From Chiloscyllium plagiosum (Eukaryota), in contig NC_057720.1 of NCBI RefSeq assembly GCF_004010195.1, forward strand, positions 4,832,054-4,878,615: 46,562 nt of DNA. The letters are read 5' to 3'. How positions within the stretch are numbered: the first letter of the stretch is position 1; each line of letters starts with the position of its first letter. The notes below the pieces were generated by a model, which saw only the letters and a program-made list of their open reading frames with translations, was not told the origin of the DNA and searched no databases. This document shows positions 34,618 through 45,437 of the stretch, in pieces. The position numbers and the translations under genes are program-made.

Positions 34618-35254
34618 TAGTGTAAGATATCTTTCACTATTTGTGTTACCCGGGATGATATTAATCAGCAATATTAAATAATGGGGATTCAGAGACGGAG
34701 GTTAGTGGGACCACAAGGAGGCAGAACCTTTGGCGAGTCCTGCTATACTCTGATCAGGAATATCGCCGGTTTGAGCTGCAAGCAGGTGAAACCAGCATCC
34801 TGGACTCCGGTTAAAGACATCAACCAGCAATGATGTTTCCTGCTGGTGCACTGCCTTCCCAAGCCGTTGGGATAGTAGAGGATCTCATGGTTCCACACTG
34901 GACAATGTGTAACAATCAAACTTTTCTCCATTTCAAACCTTCTTATCAGCAATAAACTGATGAGCCAGGAAATCAAATCAAGACACACCTCAACTGCTTT
35001 CTGTGGCAGAGAATTCCACAGCTGGGTGAAGACATTTCTCCTCATCTCAGTCTGAAAGGGCTGACCCCGTATCCTTAGACTGTGACCCCCTGGTTGTGAC
35101 CTCCCTTGACATTGGGAACATCCTTCCTGTGTTTACCCTGTCTAACCCCGTTAGAATTTTCTAAGTTTCTATGAGATCCTTCCCCATCCGCCCCCGCAGC
35201 GCCCCCCCCCCCCACCCCCGCATTCTTCTAAACTCCAGTGAATGTGGACCTAAC

Positions 35255-35465
35255 CAAAAACAACATATGCTGGAGATCACAGTGGGACTGGCAGCATCCA
35301 TAGAGAGAGAACGATCTACTGTTTCGAGTCTAGATGACTCTTCATCTCCGATCTAGACTCGAGATGTTAGCTTGATCTCTCTGCCTGGATGCTGCCTGAC
35401 CCGCTGTGATCGCCAGCATTTGGTATTTTCAGTACAGATTCCAGCATCTGCAGTGATTTGGTCCT
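35255..35465. mobile_element. Fold-back PLE terminus (family D)
   Basis: Arms turn around inside the hammerhead region (GAGTCTAGATGACTC...ATCTAGACTC); imperfect TSD TGTGGACCTAAC / TGTAGTCCTAAC. Confidence 0.75.
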
Positions 35466-35497
35466 GTGTAGTCCTAACTGATCTGGTCTCCCTTCAT

Positions 35498-35618
35498 GGA
35501 GAAAGTGAGGTCTGCAGATGCTGGAGATCAAAGTTGAAACTTTATTGCTGGAACAGCACAGCAGGTCAGGCAGCATCCAGGGAACAGGGGATTCGACGTT
35601 TCGGGCACAGGCCCTTCT
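35498..35618 (-). mobile_element. Young PLE terminus with 11-bp TSD, truncated inside the hammerhead core
   Basis: TSD TCTCCCTTCAT at 35487-35497 and 35619-35629. Minus strand (G)AAGAAGGGCCTGTGCCCGAAACGTCGAAT. Confidence 0.85.
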
Positions 35619-35789
35619 TCTCCCTTCATACATCAGTCCCGGCATCCCGGCAAACCAAGGGTTGAGGGCCTGTGGTTCCAAGCCAGGGGCTAAACGTAGG
35701 CCTTCATTCTACCACAGGAGGAATGCAGCACTACCAGAGGTGCTGCCATTTCAAAGATGCATTAACCTGATCCCCTGCCTTTTCTCTCA

Positions 35790-36305
35790 GGGGAACATAG
35801 GAACATCAGAGGAGCAAGAGGAGGCCATTCAGCCCCTCGAGCCTGCTCCACCGTTCAATATGATCACAGCTAATCTCATCTCGGCCTCGACTCCACTTTC
35901 CTGTCCGCTCTCCATAACCCTCAACCCACTGCGAATTGAACCACTCCTCCTTCAATTAACTCAATGTCCCAGCACCTACCACATTCTGGGCGAGTGAATT
36001 CCACAGATTCATGAACCTTGGAGAGCAGTGATTTCTCCTCAACTCTGTTTAAATCTGCCACTCCTTATTGTACTGACCTCTCATTCTAGATTGTCCCACA
36101 TGAGGAAACATCCTCTCTACAGCTGCTTTGTCAATTCCCTTTTGCATCTTGTACACCTCAAATAGATGTTCTCTCATTCTTCTAAACTCCACGGCAAGTA
36201 TTGGCCTAATCTGCTCAATGTCTCTCCATGAGACAGACTCCTCATCCTTAGAATTAATCGAGTGACCCTCCCCTGGACTGCCTCCAATACAACTCCATCT
36301 CTCCT
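35790..36305 (-). mobile_element. CR1 3' fragment
   Basis: gaacataggaacatcagaggagcaagaggaggccattcagccc tail. Confidence 0.75.
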
Positions 36306-36574
36306 GAGGAACTTTAAATATTCATCAGCATTACTTTGAAGAGGAGTTACCCTTATAATCCTGGCCCTTCTGTGAATAAATGCTTAACTTGGATCATCCG
36401 CTCCTGGTCAGTTTACTGTGCACAAATTAGCTCTCACATTATCACATTGACTAAAGTTCAAAAAGCACCATTGATTGTAAATGGCATCAAACATCCTGTG
36501 AAAGGCACTATATAAATGAAACTCTTTCTTTTTCTCTTTCACTATCTCACTGGGTCATGGGGATAGCAGGAAGG

Positions 36575-37755
36575 CTGTGTCACAGGTAGACAGGGTGGTT
36601 AAGAAGGCATTTGGCATGCTTTCCTTCATTGCTCAGACCTCATTATAGGAATTGGGACATCATGTTAAAGCTGTACAGGAAGTTGGTGAGACCTCTTCTG
36701 GAATACTGTCTCCAGTTCTTGATGCTTTGTAAGATTAGATTAGATTCCCTACAGTGTAGGGACAGGCCCTTCGGCCCAACAAGTCCACACCGACCCTCCA
36801 AAGAGTTACCCACCCGGACCCATTTCCCTCTGACCAATGTACCTAACATTACGGGCAATTTAGTATGGCAATTCGTCTGACCTGCACATCTTTGGACTGT
36901 GGGAGGAAACCAGAGCACCCAGAGGAAACCAATGCAGACACAGGGACCATTCCACCCTGGTATAGAAAAAAAATTATTAAACTGGAGAGGGTCTAGAGAG
37001 ATTTACCAGGAAGTTTCCTGGTATGGAAGGTTTGAGTTATAAAGAAAGGCTGGATAGGCTGGGTCTTGTTTCACTGGAGCATAGGAGGTTGAGAGGTGAT
37101 CTAATAAAGAGGTATAGAAAGGGTTAATGGTAGTTGTCTTTTCCCTAGGATGGGGAATCTCTGGACTAGGGGGCATGTTTTTAAGGTGAGAGGAGAGAGA
37201 TATAAAAAAGACAGGTGGGACATTGGCAGCACAGTGGCTCAGTGATTAGCACCACTGCCTCACAACGCCAGGGACCTACTATCTGTGCGGAGTTTGCACA
37301 TTCTCCCTGTGTCTATGTGGGTTTCCTCCGGGTGCTCCAGTTTCCTCCCACAGTCCAAAGATGTGCTGGTCAGGTGAATTGGCCATGCTGAATTGCCCGT
37401 AGTGTTCGGTGCATTAGTCAGGCTTAAATATAGGGAACGGGTCTGGATGAGTTACTCTTCAGAAAGTCGGTGTGGACTTGTTGGGCCGAAGGGCCTGTTT
37501 CCACACTGTAGGGAATCTAATCTGGCAACTTTTTTACACAGACGATGGTTCGCATGTGGAATCAACTTCCTGAGGAAGGGAGCGATGCAGGTTCAGTTAC
37601 AACATTTAAAAGACAATCTGGATGGTTACACAAACAGGAAAGGTTTGAAGGGATATGGCCCAGGAGCAGGCAGGTGGGACCAGTTTAGTTTGGGATTATG
37701 GTCGCCATGAAAGGGTTAGATTGAAGGGGTGTTTCTGTGCTGTATGACTATGCCT
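36575..37755 (+). mobile_element. CR1 3' region with two nested HE1 SINEs (36731-36945 minus, 37225-37522 plus)
   Basis: LYRKLVRPLLEYCLQF and downstream motifs, interrupted by SINE sequence. Confidence 0.82.
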
Positions 37756-38517
37756 CTAATGAGACAGTTCTGCCCAGTTGGAAAAGTTGATGTTGGGGAA
37801 AAGGGGCAATCAAATTTGGTTCACTGTCCATCTGGTAGAAAATCTCACCAACGCTTACAGACTGAGTTCATACAAGTGAAGATGACCATGAACATAGAGC
37901 TTGTGAAGACTCGAAAGTGAAGATCTTCAGGAAAGGAGGCGAGAAAATTAGGTAAAAATTGGCCTGAAAGTATCTATCTCCCATTATTGAAGGGAAATAA
38001 ATAATATTGGGTTAGTAACCAGATCTGAGATGTAAGCTCATAGTTAGCCTACACCAAGGTCATTATCCATCACCTCCCAAAAGACTCCACCAATGTTGAA
38101 GCCCTTTTGTAAGTCGGTTATTATATTAACCAGTGGTAAACCACAATCAGCTATCAGTGTTTATGTGATGCCTTTTCAATATTGACAAGACCCTGAGGTT
38201 ATTTAATCATTACTCTGAAAATTGATAACCCCTTCACTTTTCCCTGGAATCAGTTAACATTGTCAGTGGGATAGAGAGACTCAAAACATCCCACAATGGT
38301 TGGGGGTGGGGGGAGGTGGAGTTTAAAATTACAGTGCAGCAGACATTATGAAAGATCTTGCTCTCCTGAATAGATCAGATAGTTCTCAATTCACAAGTGA
38401 CAAATATAAATGGACCAAATACATTGGGATGGACACACTTCCATTCAAATTTAATCTGGAAAGTTTGCAGAAAACACTAAACTTAGAAGAATTATAAATA
38501 GTGAAGAGGACAATGAG

Positions 38518-39222
38518 GAAAAGATTTACAAGGATGTTGCCAGGATCAGAGGGTTTAAGTTACAGGGAGAGGCTGAATAAACTGGATCTAATTTTCCTGG
38601 AGCATCAGAAGCTGAGGGGTGACCTTATAGAAGTTTATAAAATCATGAGGGGCATGGATAGGGTGAATAGCCAAGGTCTTTTCCCCAGGGTAAAGGAGTC
38701 CAGAATTAGAGGGCATAGGTTTAGGGTGAGAGGGAAAAGATTTAAAAGGGACCTGAGGGGCAACTTTTTCACGCAGAGGGTGGTACGTGTATGGAATGAG
38801 CTGCCAGAGGAAGTGGTGGAGGCTGGTACAATTACAACATTTAAGAGGCATTTGGATGGGTATATGAATAGGAAGGGTTTGGAGAGAGTCGAGAGTGTGG
38901 TGCTGGAAAAGCACAGCAGCTCAGGCACTTGGTGAGCAGCAGGAAAATCAACGTTTCGGACAAAAGCCCTTCATCAGGAATGGGCTTTCGCTCGAAATGT
39001 CAACTCTCCTGCTCCTCAGTGCTGCCTGACCTGCTGTGCTTTTCCAGCACCACACTCTCGACTCTAATCTCCAACATCTGCAGTCCTCACTTTCATCAGT
39101 GTTTAGAGGGATATCGGCCAAATGCTGGCAAATGGGATTAGATTAAGTTAGAATATCTGGTTGGTATGGACGAGTTGGACCAAAGGGCTGGTTTCTGCGC
39201 TGTGCATCTTTATGTCTCTATG
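38518..39222 (+). mobile_element. CR1 (HER1-like) 3' fragment with nested fold-back PLE terminus (38885-39100)
   Basis: KRFTRMLPG...FFTQRVVRVWNELP. Insertion flanked by GTTTGGAG / GTTTAGAG; arms GAGTCGAGAGTGTGGTGCTGGAAAAGCACAGCAG / CTGCTGTGCTTTTCCAGCACCACACTCTCGACTC. Confidence 0.88.
38946..38981 (-). ncRNA. Hammerhead ribozyme motif (family A), core intact, sense to the DNase II pre-mRNA
   Basis: AUUC-CUGAUGA-A-GGGC-UUUU-GUCC-GAAA-CG-UU-GAUU. Confidence 0.65.
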
Positions 39223-39229
39223 TTAGTTT

Positions 39230-40112
39230 GGTACTCGAAAAGGACATTGATAAGTTGGTGGAGTGGGTGGATAGATGGCAGACAAGACTCAATGCAGAGT
39301 GTGAGGTGCTGCACTTTGCTCAGGAGAACATTGAGAGACAATATAAAATAGGGGGTACAATTCTAAAGGGGTGCAGGAACAGAGGCAGCCAGAGGTGTAT
39401 GTGCACAGATTACTGAAGGTGGCTGGACAGCTGGAGAGAACAGTTAATAAAGCGCACAGTGTCTTTGGCTTTATCAATGGGGGCAGAGAGTACAAAGGCA
39501 AGGAGGTGATATTGGAATGAAGAACCGTGGATTCTGGAGATCTGAAACAAAACCAGAAATTGCTGCAGGAACGTGGCAGATCTTGCATGATCTGTGGAGA
39601 AAAAGCAGAATTAACATTAAGAGTTAGTAGTGAGCCTTCTTCAGGTATTGAACTTGTACAGACACTGATTGGACCTCAGCATAGGAAAGATGTGCCACAT
39701 CATAGGAAAGATGTGAATATATTGGAGAGAGTGCAGAAGCTATTTACAAGAAGGGGAACTGGAATTTGATATTTCAGCTTTGAAGATAGATTGAAGAAGT
39801 TGGGACTGTTCTCCTTGGAGAGAGGGAGGAGATCTTCTGGAGCTTTTTAAAATCCTGAAGGGGCTGGATACAGTAGACAGAGAGAAGGTGATCCCACTCT
39901 AAATGATAAAAGAATGAGAGTGTATACATTTAAAGTGATGTGTAAACAAAGCAAGGGTGATATGAGAAATAAACTTTTTCACCAAATGAGTGGTTAGTGT
40001 GCAGAATGCACTGCCTGCAAATGTGGTGGAGGCACTTGTGGCAGTTAAGAGGGGTATTGGACGATTATTTGGATAGAGGTATACAGGGATATGGAGAAAA
40101 GGCAGGGGATTG
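39230..40112 (+). mobile_element. Old CR1 3' region with small PLE insertion (~39520-39645)
   Basis: DIDKLVEWVDRWQ..LNAECEVLHF, LERVQKLFTR. Confidence 0.7.
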
Positions 40113-40320
40113 GAACATAGGAACACGGGTAGACCTTTCAGCCCCTTGAGCCTGTTCCAGCATTCAACGAGGTCATGGTTGATCTATTTGTATGCCTTTG
40201 GCCCAGACCCCTTAACAAATGTTTATTTATCTCAGATTTAAAATTAACAACAGATTCAGCATCCGCTGCCCTTTGTGGAAGAGAGTTCCAAACCTTTCCC
40301 ACCCTTTGTATGTCAAAGAA

Positions 40321-40677
40321 TCTGTAGAATCCATCTACCAGGCCCACTGTCAAGGAAAGGCCGCCAGCATTCTCAAAGATCCATCCCACCCTGGCAATGT
40401 TTTTCTACAACCTCTACCATCAGGAAGAAGGTACAGAAGCCAGAACACACGCACCAGCCAGTTTTGAAACAGTTTATATCCTACTGTTGTTAGAATACTG
40501 AATGGACTCACAAACTCATAACATTCACCTGTACTTGTGTTTTTGTTTTTGCCGCTGTTTACCTATTATTTACTATCTATGCTACTTAACTCTGTGATCT
40601 GTCTGTATTGCTCGCAAGACAAAGCTTTTCATTGTGCCACGGTACATGTGACAATAAATTCAATTCAATTCAATTCA
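40321..40677 (+). mobile_element. Rex1/Babar-type LINE 3' end nested in a CR1 fragment (40115-40755, minus)
   Basis: KAASILKDPSHP...LPSGRRYRS..TRTS motif, AATAAA and (ATTCA)n tail. Confidence 0.8.
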
Positions 40678-40859
40678 CGAGCTTCCTAACATCTCTCCCA
40701 AAATGGCTGGCCCTCATTCTCAGGCAATGTCCCCTAGTTCTAGAATCCCCAGCAGTGCATTGGTGTAAGGAATAGAACCATGATAAGTGGCTGAATAGCC
40801 CCCTTCTGTGCCAGAACAAATCTGTGATTCTCGAACTGACACCGAATGTGAACAAGATT

Positions 40860-41062
40860 CTGGTTTAACCCTACTGCGAATCCTCTTGCAAGGATGCCTG
40901 CCTTGAAGAAGTTTTCCTCCTCTCTCTACAAGAATCTCAGGGAATCCCTCTCCCACTGCAACTCCCAGGTCATTTCCTCTGCCCTGAAGCTCTTCAACCA
41001 TGTCCTGAAACAAACTCACTACCACAGCCACATTTGCTTCCTCAGTGCCTGCCTCCGTAACC
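40860..41062 (+). mobile_element. Probable PLE ORF N-terminal fragment close to the exon donor
   Basis: MPALKKF...HYHSHICFLSACLRN, resembling the HxxFLxxC N-terminus of PLE ORFs (recalled pattern). Confidence 0.55.
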
Positions 41063-41108
41063 ACCACATTTGCTTCCTCTGTGCCAGGACTGTATAAGAT
41101 TTGCTCAC

Positions 41109-41187
41109 CTTTTGTGTGTCCGTGCTGCATGTCATAAGGCATGAATGGGGCGGCATCATTGTAGATAAAATATGCTCTGCCATTGAC
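41109..41187 (-). CDS. DNASE2B: DNase II (DNASE2B-like) internal coding exon, 79 bp, first catalytic HxK motif
   Basis: Minus strand CAG|GTCAAT...ACAAAAG|GTGAG. Encodes VNGRAYFIYNDAAPFMPYDMQHGHTK+G, with the YND...GHTKG motif of DNase II. Phase 0 to phase 1. Confidence 0.93.
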
Positions 41188-42173
41188 CTGTTGGCAAAGG
41201 GAAAATAACAACCAAACCTGTACAGAACATAACGTCAGGCATGGTAAAACAAACATGTAGAGAATAGGTGAGAAAGTGACAAGTGAATCTGAATAAAGCT
41301 GTGAGAGGTGGTATGTTCTTTGTTGGTTGTATAATGTGATAGAATAAGGGGATTCCCACTTAAGACTGAAGTGAAGACGAATTTTTGGAATTTCCTCTTA
41401 ATCTTTGGAATTAGCCATCCCAGGAGACACTGGAGACTGCTTCACTCATTATGCTGAAGGCTGAGTTAAACAGAGCTTTGACCGACAAGCGAGTCTTAGA
41501 GTTTGAAGTGGGGGTAGAATGTGGGGTGAGGGTGTCTGAGTACATAACATCGAAGAGCAGGAGTAAGCTATTCAGCCTCTCAAACCTACCCCACCAATTG
41601 ATATAATCAAGACTCATCTCATCTCGGCTTCAACTCCACTTTCCTGCTCATTTTCCATAACACTTTAACCCTTTACTAAGTAAATCTGACAATCTCCTCC
41701 TTAAATGTACTCAATGTCCTAACATCCACCGCTCTCTGGGGTGGTGAATTCTACGGCTTCATGACCCTTTGCGAGAAATAATTTCTCTCTATCTCCCTTT
41801 TAAATCTGCCATGCCTTGTCTCAAAACTGACCTCTCAGTAAGGTGAAGTTAAGGCCAAAACCAAAACAGCCATGGGTTTTAAATCCATTCACAGGCCATG
41901 GATGTCATTGGCTAGGCCAACATTCATTGCCCATTACTCTTTGCCTGGGAGGGGTGGTGATGTTGGTCATGTTGGGGAGGAGTGCCAGGACTTTGGCATT
42001 GAGGGAACAGTGATACAAGTGGAATGAAGGTACAATACTATGTTAGGATTGGATTTGTCTTGCAGGGGCAATGATAGTGTTGTCATGTATTTCCTGCCGT
42101 TGTTCTTCTAGATGGTAAAGATTGTGGGTTTGGAAGGTGCTGTCCAAGAAACCTTGGTGAGTTGTTGAGCAAG

Positions 42174-43360
42174 GCTGAAAATGTGCTGCTGGAAAAGCGC
42201 AGCAGGTCAGGCAGCATCCAGGGAACAGGATGTTTCGGGCATAAGCCCTTCTTCAGGAATGAGGAAAGTGTGTCCAGCAGGCTAAGATAAAAGGTAGGGA
42301 GGAGGAACTTGGGGGAGGGGCGTTGGAAATGCGATAGGTGGAAAGAGGTCAAGGTGAGGGTGATAGGTCGGAGTAGGATGGAGGCGGAGAGGTCAAGAAG
42401 AAGACTGCAGGTCAGGAAGGCGGTGCTGGGCTGGAGGGATTCGGCTGAGACAAGGTGGGGGGAGGGGGGGATGAAGAAACTGGTGAAGTCCAAGTTCATC
42501 CCCTGTGGTTGGAGGGTTCCCAGTCGGAAGATAAGATGCTCCTCCTCCGACCGTCGGGTTGTTGTGGTTTGGCGGTGGGTGAGTCCAATGGCCTGCATAT
42601 CCTCGGTGGAGTGGGAGGGGGAGTTGAAATGCTGTGCCACAGGTTGGTTGGGTTGGTTCGTCCGGGTGGCCCAGAGGTGCTCTCTGAATCGCTCCGCAAG
42701 TAGGCGGCCTGTCTCCCCAATATAGAGGAGGCCACACCGGCTGCAGCGGATGCAGTAGATGATGTGGGTGGAGGTGCAGGTGAATCTGTGGCGGATATGG
42801 AAGTTTCCTTTGGGGCTTTGGAGAGAAGTGAGGGGGGAGGTGTGGGCGCAAGTGTTGCACCTCCTGCGGTTGCAAGGGAAGGTGCCGGGAGTGGAGGTTG
42901 GGTCGGTGGGGGGTGTAGATCTGACAAGGGAGTGGCGGAGGGAGTGGTCTGTACGGAAGGCTGGTAGGGGAGGGGAGGGAAATATATCCTTGGTGCTGGG
43001 GTCTGTTTGGAGGTGGCGGAAGTGACGGCGGATGATGCGCTGTACATGGAGATTGGTGGGGTGGTAGGTGAGGGCCAGTGGGGTTCTGTCCTGGTGGGGT
43101 TTGGAGGGGCGGGGCTCAAGGGCGGAGGAGCGGGAAGTGGAAGAGATGCGGTGGAGGGCATCGTCGACCACGTCGGGGGGGAAATTGCGGTCCTTGAAAA
43201 AGGAGGCCATCTGGGTTGTGCGTTTTTGGAACTGGTCCTCCTGGGAGCAGATGCGGCAGAGACGAAGAAATTGGGAGAATGGGATGGCTTTTTTACAGGG
43301 GGCAGGATGGGAGGAGGTGTAGTCCAGGTAGCTGTGGGAGTCGGTTGGTTTGTAGTGGAT
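42174..43360 (-). mobile_element. Young 5'-truncated Penelope-like element: RT thumb, GIY-YIG endonuclease and 3' terminus, 13-bp TSD
   Basis: TSD GTTGTTGAGCAAG at 42161-42173 and 43361-43373. Open frame with YKPTDSHSYLDYTSSHP, CNRRRCNTC, IIYCIRCSRCGLLYIGETGR..RFREH. Hammerhead motif at 42229-42260 with a downstream deletion. Confidence 0.93.
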
Positions 43361-43499
43361 GTTGTTGAGCAAGCCACTCAGTTGTATCTGACCATGAAAA
43401 GGTCTGATCTTATTGATTGGCAGAGCAAGCTTGATGGGCTGAATGGCCTTCTGCTCTTATTTCTTCTTATGCCTCACTAGCCTTGAGAAGTGAGTATCT

Positions 43500-44145
43500 A
43501 GAGTCACAGAATTGTAGAGATACACAGCAGGGAAACAGACCCATCAGTCCCACTTGTCCCATGATGACCAGATATCCTAAATTAATCTCGTCCTATTTGC
43601 CAGCATTTGGTCCATATCCCTCGAAACCTTTCCTGTTCATATACCCATCCAGATACCTTTTAATTGTTGTAATTGTACCAGCCTCCACCACTTCCTCTGG
43701 TAGCTCATTCTATACACACACTACCCTCTGTGTGAAAAAGTTGCCCCTCAGGTCCCTTTTAAATCTTTCCACTCTCACCTTAAATATATGGTCTCTCATT
43801 TTGGATCCCCCCCACTCTGGGGGAAAGACCTTGTCTATTTACCCTATCCATGCCCCTCTGATTTTGTAAACCTCTATAACATCACCCCTCAGCCTCCGAT
43901 GCTCCTGGTAAAACAGTCCCATTCTATTCAGCTTCTCCCTGTAGCTTAAACCCTCCAATCCTGGCAACATCTTTGTAAATTTTTCCTGAACCCTTTCAAG
44001 TTTCACAACATTTTCCTACGGCAGAGAGATCAGAATTACACACAATATTCAAAAAGTGGTCTAACCAATGTCCTGTACATCCACAATATGACCTCCCAAC
44101 TTCTGTACTCAATGCACTGATCAATAAAGGCATGCATAACAAACA
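43500..44145 (-). mobile_element. CR1 (HER1-like) 3' fragment
   Basis: Reverse complement of the 30960-31630 type sequence. Confidence 0.88.
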
Positions 44146-44689
44146 TCTAAATGAAGAAAAGGTACCAAGTTATCTTGGGATAAATTATTAAAAGACTGAA
44201 ATGGCTTATTTTGTTGTATATTTTTATCTGACACTTGTCAGAACAATTTGTAAGAAATATGGGTTCAAGGAGAAAGCTAACATTTATATTGCCTGGGAAG
44301 AGCAAGCGGATTGTTTTGGCGGATTTTGATTGGTGGAGGCACTGATGTGGAGAATGCATAACTGCAGTTAACTATCAATCATCATTAACTGGTGCATTCT
44401 CTATGACAATACCTCTACCAATGAGAGTTCACCTGCAAACAAAGTAGCTTTCTTTTACTGTGTAATTGTGGTTTCCTCTTGAATTGGTATTCTTGCGAAT
44501 TGTCCTGATGCTTGCAAGATGGAAAGCCTCTACAAAACATATCTCTTTTCAGAAATGCACAAGTTCTCTCCCATTCAATGGCTATTTATTGAAAGTAGCA
44601 ACAAAGCTTTGCAAAGACATAAGAAAGATAGCAATCATTTCTAGGGTAGAATTGAAAACAGATGCACTATGTTAAACACAAAAGTCCTT

Positions 44690-45250
44690 TGGTCAGACCA
44701 CTTTTAGAATCTTTCTCAGCATTTAGGCCTCCACGTTACAAAAAAATACTTTAAAATCACCGGAGATTAACAAGGAAGCTCCCAGAACTATGAGGTTACC
44801 AGGAAAGATTGAATATGCCAAGGCTCCTTTTCCCATAAAAGAGAAGACTGAGGTACAAAGAAGCCGGATAAGCTGGGCATCGAAAAGATATTCCCACCTG
44901 CTGCAGAGTCCACAATGGAAGGTTTAAGGTAGATCCAATCAGGAATTCAAGAGAATCTTTCTTACCCAGAGAGGGGTAAAAATGTGGGCCTCACAATGAC
45001 AGAGAATGGTTGAGGTGAACAGAGATATATTGATAAAGAAGATAGATGTTGCATTACGGTGAGCACAGACATGGTGGGCTGAAGGGCCTGTTCTTGTGCA
45101 ACACTGTTCTACATTCGATGGTTTGAAGGAAAAGGAGGGCCACTGACAGGATGAGATGAAGTGGATGAGACAGGGATGTGAGGAACCTAGATACCCAATG
45201 AAGACCATTTACTTCAAAGGACTGACTGATGTGCTTTGGTTTTGATGTAA
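44690..45250 (+). mobile_element. Old CR1 3' remnants
   Basis: ttggtcagaccac, ttcttacccagagagggg, gggctgaagggcctgtt. Confidence 0.55.
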
Positions 45251-45437
45251 TTCAATCAGAGGTGACATAAACTCAATGAGATAGGCCTTCCTTTGGTCAC
45301 TGACTCCCTAGCGCTCTCATCCTGAATTCCTCCTTTGGCATTCTGCCATTAGAAACAGCATCTGGGTGTCTTTGGGTTAGCATGGATAAGATGGGCTGAA
45401 TGGCCCCCTTTTGTGTTGTATCATTTCTGCGGTTCCA

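Larger units (their letters stand above)
34905..35670 (-). mobile_element. Old CR1 fragment carrying two PLE terminal insertions
   Basis: RNVFTQLWNSLPQKAVE; interrupted at 35255-35465 and 35498-35618. Confidence 0.7.

Noticed and set aside
42496..43377. 293-aa Pro/Ser/Thr-rich ORF and plus-strand ORFs over the PLE
   Set aside because: Alternative frames of GC-rich PLE coding sequence.
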